Positions 18,418 to 27,054 of a DNA stretch of 64,000 bases are shown in pieces. The notes under the pieces were generated by a model. The model made no database searches. It was given only the letters and a program-made list of their open reading frames with translations, and was not told the DNA's origin. Position numbers and translations under genes: made by a program. Location: assembly GCA_025544715.1 (NCBI GenBank), contig GCA_025544715.1_4109.3, one strand, 5' to 3'. Each line of letters opens with the position of its first letter. Positions within the stretch are counted from its first letter, which is position 1. The stretch is from Escherichia coli (GTDB lineage: Bacteria; Pseudomonadota; Gammaproteobacteria; Enterobacterales; Enterobacteriaceae).

Positions 18418-19074
18418 TCAATCATGTTTATTCAATTTCTTCTGTTCTTTTTTCAAAGCTTTCATATGACGACCAAACTCTCGAACATGCCATAGATGAT
18501 CGGTTTCCCATAATTCTTGACGTAACCTACGTTCTTCTAGTAGTTTCGACTTGTCAATGTTATTTTTCTTTTTTTGTACATTAAAGAAATTATTCATATG
18601 TTCTTGAAGAAGATTACGACCTTTAACTTTCTCAAGAAACTCATCAACTGTTTCAGTTTTATTAGAACGTAGTTGATTGCATTTGGAGCACATAGTATTA
18701 AAGTTTGTTTCTAAATCAGGACCACCCTTAGATGCCAGATGGTTGTGATCAACTGTCATCAACACTTCATAAAGACCACATACAGCATATACATTTAAAT
18801 GTGGTTTACCATATACTGGATCAGAACTAAATGAACGTTCAATGCGTACTTCAGTGGCTTCAATCCCACATGCCACGCATTTTGGATTCTTAACAAAAGT
18901 AAGAACTTTTTGTGGGAAATATCGAAAAGTAATACCATTTAAAGTATAACGTTTCATCTTAGTACTTCGTTGATTTAATTCGTCAAGAAGTGATAATTTT
19001 GTCGTATAGTAAACATGATATTTGTTCATTTTATTCCTTGATATTGATTTTAATATCTTTACCTTGTAAATCAC
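18418..19074 (-). CDS. HNH homing endonuclease (likely start at 19029)
   Basis: HNH motif DHNHLASKGG...N...CSKCN with flanking Cys pairs. Confidence 0.6.
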   Translation of the reverse strand: MIYKVKILKSISRNKMNKYHVYYTTKLSLLDELNQRSTKMKRYTLNGITFRYFPQKVLTFVKNPKCVACGIEATEVRIERSFSSDPVYGKPHLNVYAVCGLYEVLMTVDHNHLASKGGPDLETNFNTMCSKCNQLRSNKTETVDEFLEKVKGRNLLQEHMNNFFNVQKKKNNIDKSKLLEERRLRQELWETDHLWHVREFGRHMKALKKEQKKLNKHD

Positions 19075-19339
19075 GAATAGTTTTAATTAATGCATCATGT
19101 TTTAAAGCACATTCGTTGTATACTGCATCCCAACGAGTAAGTACTTTAAGAATTTCTGCACCATCATAACCTTTAAAACCATTTTTGTCAATCATAATTT
19201 TTTGTGGTAGAGGTGTATCATCATCACATCTTTCTAACAGAATTTCTTGTTTAATTGGTGCAGGGGATTGTAGTTTTACTTGTTCTGCACATCCACTTAT
19301 AATTAAAAAAGAAATAAACGGAACTAATAATTTTTTCAT
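19031..19339 (-). CDS. Outer-membrane lipoprotein, putative o-spanin
   Basis: Signal peptide with lipobox LIISGC; directly downstream of TM plus coiled-coil gene. Confidence 0.45.
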   Translation of the reverse strand: MKKLLVPFISFLIISGCAEQVKLQSPAPIKQEILLERCDDDTPLPQKIMIDKNGFKGYDGAEILKVLTRWDAVYNECALKHDALIKTIRDLQGKDIKINIKE

Positions 19340-19710
19340 TTGAATTTATTCCTCGCAGCTTGAGAATTTTGTTTTAGTTCATTCAGTACTTTTACACCAT
19401 CTTCATCTAAACATACATTCTTATAAACTTCACGTTCTACAATAAAAGGAACTTTTGTTTCAATAACTTTAGCATTATCTTCCATGATTTTTTTAGTTTC
19501 AAGGTAATTTTTTGCATTTTCTTGTTGCATTTTATCCAAGGCGGTATCAACTTTTTTAGCTATTTGTTGCTCTATGCTTTGTTGATAGCCACTGTAATAA
19601 GTATTAGCTTCCCAACCAGCATAAGCTGAACCGCCAATCAATAATACAAAAGAAATTGGTTTCCAAAATGGAATAAGAATTTTCGAAACAATTATTTCTA
19701 ACATACTCAT
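19336..19710 (-). CDS. Putative i-spanin (N-terminal TM, coiled-coil periplasmic domain)
   Basis: N-terminal TM helix, charged helical remainder; overlaps lipoprotein gene. Confidence 0.45.
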   Translation of the reverse strand: MSMLEIIVSKILIPFWKPISFVLLIGGSAYAGWEANTYYSGYQQSIEQQIAKKVDTALDKMQQENAKNYLETKKIMEDNAKVIETKVPFIVEREVYKNVCLDEDGVKVLNELKQNSQAARNKFK

Positions 19711-19763
19711 AATAATATCTCCTATAGTTGATGATATTATTTAGAGTATATAATTGTATAGAT

Positions 19764-20183
19764 TTACAACATTTTTTGAATATGTTCTGCTAGTTCATAC
19801 AGCTTAGTTTCATTATTCTCGAACTTTTCATCAACTTGAACATTGAATTTTTCTTCTAGTTCCATGACCATTTCAATCCAATCAAGCCAATCAAAATTGA
19901 ATTTTTCTTCAACTTCCAATTTAGTAAGATTGAAGTTCGCTAATACATCATTCTCTGATGTATCAGAGTAACGAGTAGTGATGAATTTGACAATTTCTTT
20001 TTCAACATCGTTTAATTCACTAGTTTGATATTCTGGCTGAAGATACCACCATTCTCCCTTATTAATAGATTCCAATTCTTGTTTGATTTCATGCATTACT
20101 TTATAACGGTCAGTACTTTTATGAATAGAATTAACTTCTTGATTCAATACATGTAGTGCATTTTTAATACGTTCATTTAACAT
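19764..20183 (-). CDS. Acyl-carrier-protein-like protein with N-terminal extension; Ser to Trp at pantetheine site
   Basis: FDWLDWIEMVMELEEKFNVQVDEKF aligns with ACP helix II DSLDTVELVMALEEEF; codon TGG at Ser position. Confidence 0.5.
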   Translation of the reverse strand: MLNERIKNALHVLNQEVNSIHKSTDRYKVMHEIKQELESINKGEWWYLQPEYQTSELNDVEKEIVKFITTRYSDTSENDVLANFNLTKLEVEEKFNFDWLDWIEMVMELEEKFNVQVDEKFENNETKLYELAEHIQKML

Positions 20184-20195
20184 TTTATCACCTTA

Positions 20196-20226
20196 TAAAA
20201 AAAGAGAACTCCATATGAAGTTCTCT
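20196..20226 (-). terminator. Rho-independent terminator after 929-aa gene
   Basis: Hairpin AGAGAACT-loop-AGTTCTCT then T-rich tract. Confidence 0.6.
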
Positions 20227-20257
20227 AATTATACATAATTACTTTTTCTATGTCAAG

Positions 20258-23047
20258 TTATAAATCACGGAAACGATTTGGTGTGTTTAAACGGTACATT
20301 GAGTATAACCCCAATCCACGCATAATCTCACCTGCCCAGAAACCAAAAAACATACCATTATCAGTACCTTCTCTAACTGCTGGACTCCATGATCCATTCA
20401 TTGGGGAACTTGGATTTACAATAACATAATTCTTTTGAAGTTCTAAAACTAAGTTATCAGCGAGTGTCGTTAGACCTTCTATTTTACATCCAGCTAATCC
20501 AGCAGCACAAGCCCCAGCTAACCACAACCCACACATATGACCTGTAAAGTCCCAATCTGGTCCTTCAACTGTGCCATCTTTATTGAAGATTGTTGGTGAA
20601 CGACCATCATTATCTTTTTGAAATTGAATTAAAAAGTGAATCCAATTCTCACAAAAATCAACAAGATCTGCTGGTGGTTCGATTCCTCTTTCTGCAAGTT
20701 CTTGCCATGCTCTTGCAGCCCCAAAGAATGCACGAGGTTCATACCCGCTCCATGCTTGATCTCCCCAGTGTAGCATTGTGAACGTGTCTGGTTCACCATA
20801 TTTTAAGTTATCCCAGCGGTTCCAAACATATGCTTGTGCACATGGACCAACAGTACCGAATTGTTGAGTAAACCATGTTTGAGAATCTTTCATAAAGCTT
20901 AACATGTTGCCTAAACGTGTGTTATCTACTGGTTGGTCTTTAAAACAATATATCACTGGATACTGATAACCAGGATAAGGCAATCCACGCCAACCAGAAT
21001 ACTGATTCGCATACGGGTCAGTGATGTTAGAAAATGGTATTGTTCCAGGAGTGTAATGCAATGAGTTTAACAAATAATCTTTGATTACACAATCCCCTAA
21101 CTGTGCAGTATAAGGTGATTCACCTGCAATTGTTATTGAGAATGTCATGGTATAGTCATCACCGTCAGCATCCGTATATAATTCTGGAATGTCATTAATA
21201 CAATACCAATCAATTATTGCAGCAACACCATCTACTGGGGTTGTATCAGGTAAAATAGTAATATCTTCTAGCTCACTATAAACTGGTGCATCTGGTCTTG
21301 GATCAGAACTTGGATGATTTGGCTGATACCCAGATAAACGTAATGTATCAGAACTTAGTGTGATAGTAGTCCATTCCCCGTGTGTTGCAGGAATCATCCA
21401 CCACCATCTCCAACCATTATCATCTACAATTCGTATATTATAATCATCTTCATATGAACGATATGTGAAAGATTTAACTTCAGACTTATTTGTTGCTAAT
21501 AACCAAAATCCAATAACAGCACCATCATCTTCACCACAAACCAACTGATTAATTGTATCGCGTCTTGTGATTAATATATCAGTACTATATAACATTTCTG
21601 ATGTAGCTGCACCATAAGGAACAACAATTCTACTATCAGCAATTATATAAGGGGAACCATCTGCTTTCTTTTCTCTAACAAATGCACTTAAAGGTGTTAA
21701 TGAATGTGTGATATTTTGGTCTTTACTTTCTGGTAAGCCGCAACGATAACGAACAACATCATGGTCATTTTTTGTTTTTGACAATTCCAGTACTGGTTTA
21801 AATGATAACGGTTTACCATCATCGCACACGCCACCATAGTCAACTAGCAATTTTGAATCAGCATTTACCCTGAACCAAATAGCTTGTTGCTCCATCGTAC
21901 TCTGTGCACTTTGGTCTTGTCTGATAGTAATGTATCCTAACGAATTTCTACCAAACTTAGCAATAGCATCACTTGGATAAAAATATTCATAGGAAATACC
22001 ATCAGTGAATGGTGTGGTTACAATTGTACTTTGTCTGAAAAATTTATCTCTGGAGTCGATATCACCATAAGCATAGCATGTGAGTAGTGAACATTTCCAA
22101 CCCAAATAATGTTTTCTTTCTTTAGTTATTTTATATAACAAATACGAAGCATCACTGAACCATAATTCTGCATCTGATGCGTTATCAGCAAATTCTAAAT
22201 TAATTGGAACATGAAGTGGGCGGTTGTGTTGCATTTCATTTCGTTGAATTATTACACCACCATATTCTACTGGTTGACGATTAGCAAAATTTAATTTATA
22301 TACACCATTAATTGTTGTATTCTTTAATTGAACAGTTCCTTTTTCAGATTCGTCAAAACCTTCTGCTAAAATATTACCATCCCAGTCGATTTTTCTACCC
22401 ATGAAATCAATAACCCAGTCAACATCATATTGTTCACCTGGTGTATCCCAATCAACACTACCATCTGGTAATAAAGCTTTTACTGACGCATTTATTTGGT
22501 TCCATGCTAAAGCACCTTTGAATGCAAATGTCACTTTATCCAAGAACTGACCATAATATGGTGCACCATGTGGTATTTTGCATTGACCATTAGTAAATGT
22601 AAATTCTACTCCCTTGAAACCACCATGTGTGGGCCAGCCATCATCAGCTAAAGGCCAGTTAGCCAATATAGGTTCTTTTGCATTAACTATCCAGTTACAT
22701 TGTAGCGGTGTAGGTGGATCTGGTAATTCACGTCCAGCATAAAAGTACTGATGATATGCGTCCCAATACCACTTTGCCTTATCTAAAAACATTGGATCAT
22801 TTGTAGCCAGATATGCATAAATGTATCCTAAAATTAATAGACTTTGACCTTCTGTTGTCCCGTCACCGTTTGGTTGACCTTCCATTGCAGAATAGTTAAT
22901 AAAATGGCGGTTGTTCGCCAAAACACCCTGATTGTTCACCACATAATGCTGTACTGTTGGGTCTATTGTATCACCAGTATTTCTTTCAATAAATTTGTGA
23001 TGCCCATAAAGAAGTTGTACAATATTATCAATATTATTGTTTAACAT
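20258..23047 (-). CDS. Large protein (929 aa), unknown function; possible glycosidase-like or virion-associated
   Basis: Long ORF; Trp/Gly-rich C-terminal region; followed by terminator. Confidence 0.55.
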   Translation of the reverse strand: MLNNNIDNIVQLLYGHHKFIERNTGDTIDPTVQHYVVNNQGVLANNRHFINYSAMEGQPNGDGTTEGQSLLILGYIYAYLATNDPMFLDKAKWYWDAYHQYFYAGRELPDPPTPLQCNWIVNAKEPILANWPLADDGWPTHGGFKGVEFTFTNGQCKIPHGAPYYGQFLDKVTFAFKGALAWNQINASVKALLPDGSVDWDTPGEQYDVDWVIDFMGRKIDWDGNILAEGFDESEKGTVQLKNTTINGVYKLNFANRQPVEYGGVIIQRNEMQHNRPLHVPINLEFADNASDAELWFSDASYLLYKITKERKHYLGWKCSLLTCYAYGDIDSRDKFFRQSTIVTTPFTDGISYEYFYPSDAIAKFGRNSLGYITIRQDQSAQSTMEQQAIWFRVNADSKLLVDYGGVCDDGKPLSFKPVLELSKTKNDHDVVRYRCGLPESKDQNITHSLTPLSAFVREKKADGSPYIIADSRIVVPYGAATSEMLYSTDILITRRDTINQLVCGEDDGAVIGFWLLATNKSEVKSFTYRSYEDDYNIRIVDDNGWRWWWMIPATHGEWTTITLSSDTLRLSGYQPNHPSSDPRPDAPVYSELEDITILPDTTPVDGVAAIIDWYCINDIPELYTDADGDDYTMTFSITIAGESPYTAQLGDCVIKDYLLNSLHYTPGTIPFSNITDPYANQYSGWRGLPYPGYQYPVIYCFKDQPVDNTRLGNMLSFMKDSQTWFTQQFGTVGPCAQAYVWNRWDNLKYGEPDTFTMLHWGDQAWSGYEPRAFFGAARAWQELAERGIEPPADLVDFCENWIHFLIQFQKDNDGRSPTIFNKDGTVEGPDWDFTGHMCGLWLAGACAAGLAGCKIEGLTTLADNLVLELQKNYVIVNPSSPMNGSWSPAVREGTDNGMFFGFWAGEIMRGLGLYSMYRLNTPNRFRDL

Positions 23048-23048
23048 A

Positions 23049-23585
23049 TCATACTCCTGCTCTAATTAATGCACCGTACCATGTAACTCCTTTATCATAT
23101 GTTTCTAATGAAATAATATCTTTTTCACCAATTTCATAAGAAAGAACAACTGGTCTATTATATGACCATTTAACATTTGAACCCCAATTAACGAGGTTAG
23201 ACCCTGTTTGCTGAGTTAATAGGATAGTAATTGAATAAACTTCAGTAGGAGCAGCACCAATAGCAATAGTGGTATTTCTGTCAGATAAATTAATATTAAA
23301 AACTGTATTACCTGATAGGGGATTAATTAAAATATTATTAGAACTCAATACATTATATAACTTGTTACTAGCACTATCATACAATGTTACCCATTCTGTT
23401 TCATGATTCTCATTAGTAGCTTTAGCTTTTATTTTTACATTATTTTCGGAAGAAGTCATTCCAGTCCAGCCAGAAATAATAAAAGAACTGTTTTTATTTG
23501 TTCCAAATGATGCAATTACCGAATCACTAAGAGAACTATCTTCACCGTCAATAGATCCGAGTACTGACAATGTTAAAACCATCAT
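23049..23585 (-). CDS. Hypothetical beta-rich protein (178 aa), possibly fibre-like
   Basis: Ser/Thr/Asn-rich composition. Confidence 0.45.
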   Translation of the reverse strand: MMVLTLSVLGSIDGEDSSLSDSVIASFGTNKNSSFIISGWTGMTSSENNVKIKAKATNENHETEWVTLYDSASNKLYNVLSSNNILINPLSGNTVFNINLSDRNTTIAIGAAPTEVYSITILLTQQTGSNLVNWGSNVKWSYNRPVVLSYEIGEKDIISLETYDKGVTWYGALIRAGV

Positions 23586-23748
23586 TTTTAATGTCTACAC
23601 CAGTTGCACCTGAAAAATTATTTTGAAATTTAATAACTCCGGTAGTGTGGATATCTGTGAAAATTTGTTGTGCCATACTTAATCCTTGCGTTAATTTATA
23701 TTGAGTATTTATCGAGTATAATGGCATTTTTAGTACCATTATACTCAT
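23548..23748 (-). CDS. Hypothetical protein (66 aa); may be joined to 23049-23585 by frameshift
   Basis: 38-nt out-of-frame overlap with downstream ORF. Confidence 0.3.
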   Translation of the reverse strand: MSIMVLKMPLYSINTQYKLTQGLSMAQQIFTDIHTTGVIKFQNNFSGATGVDIKNDGFNIVSTRIY

Positions 23749-23753
23749 GTATA

Positions 23754-24986
23754 TTACTTATACCATTGCATTTCTCTGATATCAATGATAATTTTTGATG
23801 CTAATTTAATGTTTGGTTTTTTGGGAAGTACTGATTTCTTATATAGAACATCACGAATGTATTGTACTTTATCATCGAAATATTCTAATACTTCTTCATA
23901 CTTCCACTTACCATTACGAATATCCATCAACATTTGTGCATCAGGTCGTTTAACTTGAATAATTCCACTCTGTAATGCTTCTTCTGCACTATTCAAAAGT
24001 CTAATTGTGTGCATAGCATGTTTACAATCGTATCCGTGTTGTGATTCTAAAATAGCACGTTTGGCATTACGATTTTCTTTCCATTTATGATAACTTTTCC
24101 TATTCTCACTATTCTCCTGATATTCTTTTTCGTTAAATTTTACAATTAGTTCTGGTTTGGTTTTCAACTCTTCAGTACTACGTTCTTTAGAAAAATAACG
24201 CAATGAACCATCATGGTTAATAGTGCTTTCATTAGGATTCTTAACAATCGCAAAAATGTTTTCTCCGTAATGAATTAGTTCATAACCATTATTAAAATTC
24301 AATAAATTGAAATCACGATCAAGAATTTTTTCAGTAGTGTAGTTATGTACTAATCTTACGAAATGATATTGCTTTAATGGATTTTTCGAAACTAACTGCA
24401 ATGATGTATCACGCATATATTTTTCAAAATCAATCTTTTTAGCATTAAATGGATGTAAGTTGGATGTATCTAAACGTTCAACAAGATACTGTGGGAATGA
24501 ATCATACATCCACGCAAGAACCTCATCGACAGGGTGTTCTTCTAAAATCTCATTTAATCGTTTTTCAGCAATACGCTCTTTATCCATCCAACCGTGATGA
24601 TTTGTCATACGCTTAATCTGATTATATGCATATCCAGTGTATGAAAATGCAATCTTGGAACTAAGAAGTTTTTGGTTAAATGAACGAAGATAGTCATAAA
24701 TTTCAGTACTTTCAACAATGTGTTCAGGTTCAACCCAAAGTGATTCAAGAATATTAGGGTTAGCTTCAGTGTATAATTTTAAATACTGATTCAACTCATA
24801 GAATTTAGTATCTTCTTCGCTTTTATCAGCTACCTCTTTGACCTTATAGAAGGGTGTAAGAATAAATTCTTTATTAGCAAGAAAAATACCACGATAATCA
24901 GTATCACTTTCAGGTGTACTGGTTCCGTAGGCTTGTGACCCAGCCAAGTGTTTCACTATTGTTTGTTCAATATATTGGTTATTCAT
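23754..24986 (-). CDS. Pol-beta-superfamily nucleotidyltransferase
   Basis: N-terminal motif GSQAYGTSTPESDTDYRGIF (GS...DxD). Confidence 0.5.
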   Translation of the reverse strand: MNNQYIEQTIVKHLAGSQAYGTSTPESDTDYRGIFLANKEFILTPFYKVKEVADKSEEDTKFYELNQYLKLYTEANPNILESLWVEPEHIVESTEIYDYLRSFNQKLLSSKIAFSYTGYAYNQIKRMTNHHGWMDKERIAEKRLNEILEEHPVDEVLAWMYDSFPQYLVERLDTSNLHPFNAKKIDFEKYMRDTSLQLVSKNPLKQYHFVRLVHNYTTEKILDRDFNLLNFNNGYELIHYGENIFAIVKNPNESTINHDGSLRYFSKERSTEELKTKPELIVKFNEKEYQENSENRKSYHKWKENRNAKRAILESQHGYDCKHAMHTIRLLNSAEEALQSGIIQVKRPDAQMLMDIRNGKWKYEEVLEYFDDKVQYIRDVLYKKSVLPKKPNIKLASKIIIDIREMQWYK

Positions 24987-25384
24987 AGATAAATTGTTAA
25001 CTCCTTTAAGAAACCATTATAATAACGATTAAAGTCATGTTCTAATGTTTTATAATCATCAAAACTAAAACCTAAATTGATAATTGTATCTTCTTGAAAG
25101 AAAGTTTCTTCATTCATACATTCAATAGGTTCGTAATTAATTCCACCTTTGAAAACTTTTGTAAAAAACATTCCATCATTATTAATTTCAACATACATAA
25201 AATTATTTTCTGGGTCACGAGGACAGACGATATTCAGTGAACTATTTCCACTCGTATTGTACTCATAAGAAATTATATCAAAAGAATCAATACCATAACA
25301 CTTAGATTTTTCTTTATCGCCAAATACTTTTCTATCTGTACTCATATTGCGTATAGTGCTATAGATATCATCAACTGTAGTCAT
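24983..25384 (-). CDS. Hypothetical protein (133 aa)
   Basis: ORF in array. Confidence 0.45.
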   Translation of the reverse strand: MTTVDDIYSTIRNMSTDRKVFGDKEKSKCYGIDSFDIISYEYNTSGNSSLNIVCPRDPENNFMYVEINNDGMFFTKVFKGGINYEPIECMNEETFFQEDTIINLGFSFDDYKTLEHDFNRYYNGFLKELTIYL

Positions 25385-25386
25385 AG

Positions 25387-25896
25387 TTAACCACCATACT
25401 TTGACTTGTATGTTTCAAGTGATAAAGATATACGATTTTGCTTTTTAATTCTTTCATCAATATCCTTTGAATTCTTCACACTTCGGTATACGTCAGCTAA
25501 TAAATTATAATCTTCTTTATTTGAGCTATGCTGTGTCCAACCTATGTCTGTTTTAATACGAACACTTGCTTTATTTGACCAGTAAAAGAAACTGAAACCA
25601 TTTGACCCATCAAAAATATCAAAAGTATCTACCCAATCACCATAAGGAAAACTCGTCGGGACTGACTCGTGGTCGATTGTGATATCCGATAAATTGTTTG
25701 AACAGTACTTCGCAAAGTGATAAACAATTGGATCACATTTAGATAATTCATATTTGTATTCAATGATAGTTTTTCTATTAGCATCATTGATAGCATATTC
25801 TTTCATCAATGGGCTTTTTTTGATGATAAGAGTCCACAGAAACGATTCTAATCCGGTTTCATCAACTTTTTGTTTCTTTTTGAAAAATGAAATCAT
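25387..25896 (-). CDS. Hypothetical protein, member 1 of tandem triplicated family
   Basis: Shared block DxxRKxIIEYKYxLSK with the next two ORFs. Confidence 0.5.
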   Translation of the reverse strand: MISFFKKKQKVDETGLESFLWTLIIKKSPLMKEYAINDANRKTIIEYKYELSKCDPIVYHFAKYCSNNLSDITIDHESVPTSFPYGDWVDTFDIFDGSNGFSFFYWSNKASVRIKTDIGWTQHSSNKEDYNLLADVYRSVKNSKDIDERIKKQNRISLSLETYKSKYGG

Positions 25897-26414
25897 TTAT
25901 ATAAACCCTTAATTTTCTGTCTATTATGTATATCATTTTGCTGGATTTTCAATTTAGTAAGGTTGTTTCTTACACCTTCAACTCCACGCATTATTTGTAA
26001 CATAATTAGTGATTCGTCATATGTTAGTACATTGCTATTATTATCGATATATACTTTCACTCCACTTTCAAGATAATCATTTTCTTTGGAGTTAAAGTTT
26101 CTAATAGCAAACTTAACTTTATTTGTTGTATCACTGAATACATATCGTTCCGCACCGTAGAATGTTTTTCCACGAAATAAACCGCCGTCTTCCCACTTCC
26201 AACGGCTAGATTCATAATCATTAACGTAATCAAGGATTAAAGAAAGTAAAGGATGTTTACTTAATTTATATTTTGCTTCTAACAGGATACGTCTATCATT
26301 ATCTGTGGTGATAATATCCTTTAGTGAGTAGCTTTTAGATATAATTTTAAAGATAATTTCATGCCAAATTAATGTACTGTTTTGTTTTCCAACTGATCCA
26401 AAAAACATATCCAT
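25893..26414 (-). CDS. Hypothetical protein, member 2 of tandem triplicated family
   Basis: DNDRRILLEAKYKLSK and SSRW blocks. Confidence 0.5.
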   Translation of the reverse strand: MDMFFGSVGKQNSTLIWHEIIFKIISKSYSLKDIITTDNDRRILLEAKYKLSKHPLLSLILDYVNDYESSRWKWEDGGLFRGKTFYGAERYVFSDTTNKVKFAIRNFNSKENDYLESGVKVYIDNNSNVLTYDESLIMLQIMRGVEGVRNNLTKLKIQQNDIHNRQKIKGLYK

Positions 26415-26420
26415 TCCTCA

Positions 26421-26987
26421 TTAGTATAAATCAGTAATGTCTTTGTATGCATTAATCTGTTTTTGTTGTAATGAAAGTTCATTGAGTTTAGTTACCATCT
26501 TATCTACACCAACACGTGTATAGAAAATAATTAATGAATCTAAATTGCCTAGAGTAATTCTTGAACTGTAAGTTGAAAGTTTTCTTGCATAAACATAAAT
26601 TTCTTCTTCACTTGGTAAACGTTTCTCAATCAGCAAGTTTTCCACACCATTCGGCTCATAATCAATCTCGAACTCTACGCCTATCACTGTGTCTTGAATG
26701 CGATCCGTATATGAACCACCGTAAAAATACTCTCTTGGTTTGGATCTCCAACGAGAACTAAATGGGTCTGTTGCGTATTCTTTTACAAATTTGTAAAAGG
26801 ACATTTTACTGAGCATATACTTCATCTCAATTAGTGCTTTGCGGTCATCATCAGTTTTAAACTCTGCTTTGAGCGATGGACTTTTACACAGTAACTTAAC
26901 TAAATTGTTGTACATCTTTAATGTACGTTGTTCTTTCATTTCTTTGATTTTGTGACGTTTTGGTGGTGGTAATAAAGATTTGACCAT
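26421..26987 (-). CDS. Hypothetical protein, member 3 of tandem triplicated family
   Basis: DDDRKALIEMKYMLSK and SSRW blocks. Confidence 0.5.
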   Translation of the reverse strand: MVKSLLPPPKRHKIKEMKEQRTLKMYNNLVKLLCKSPSLKAEFKTDDDRKALIEMKYMLSKMSFYKFVKEYATDPFSSRWRSKPREYFYGGSYTDRIQDTVIGVEFEIDYEPNGVENLLIEKRLPSEEEIYVYARKLSTYSSRITLGNLDSLIIFYTRVGVDKMVTKLNELSLQQKQINAYKDITDLY

Positions 26988-27020
26988 AATTTCCTCCTAT
27001 TTTTATTCAATTATACACAT

Positions 27021-27048
27021 AAAAGAAAAGCCCGTCAATAGACGAGCT
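27021..27048 (-). terminator. Probable terminator after fibre-like gene
   Basis: Imperfect hairpin AGCTCGTC-TATT-GACGGGCT then TTTTCTTTT. Confidence 0.45.
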
Positions 27049-27054
27049 TTAAAT

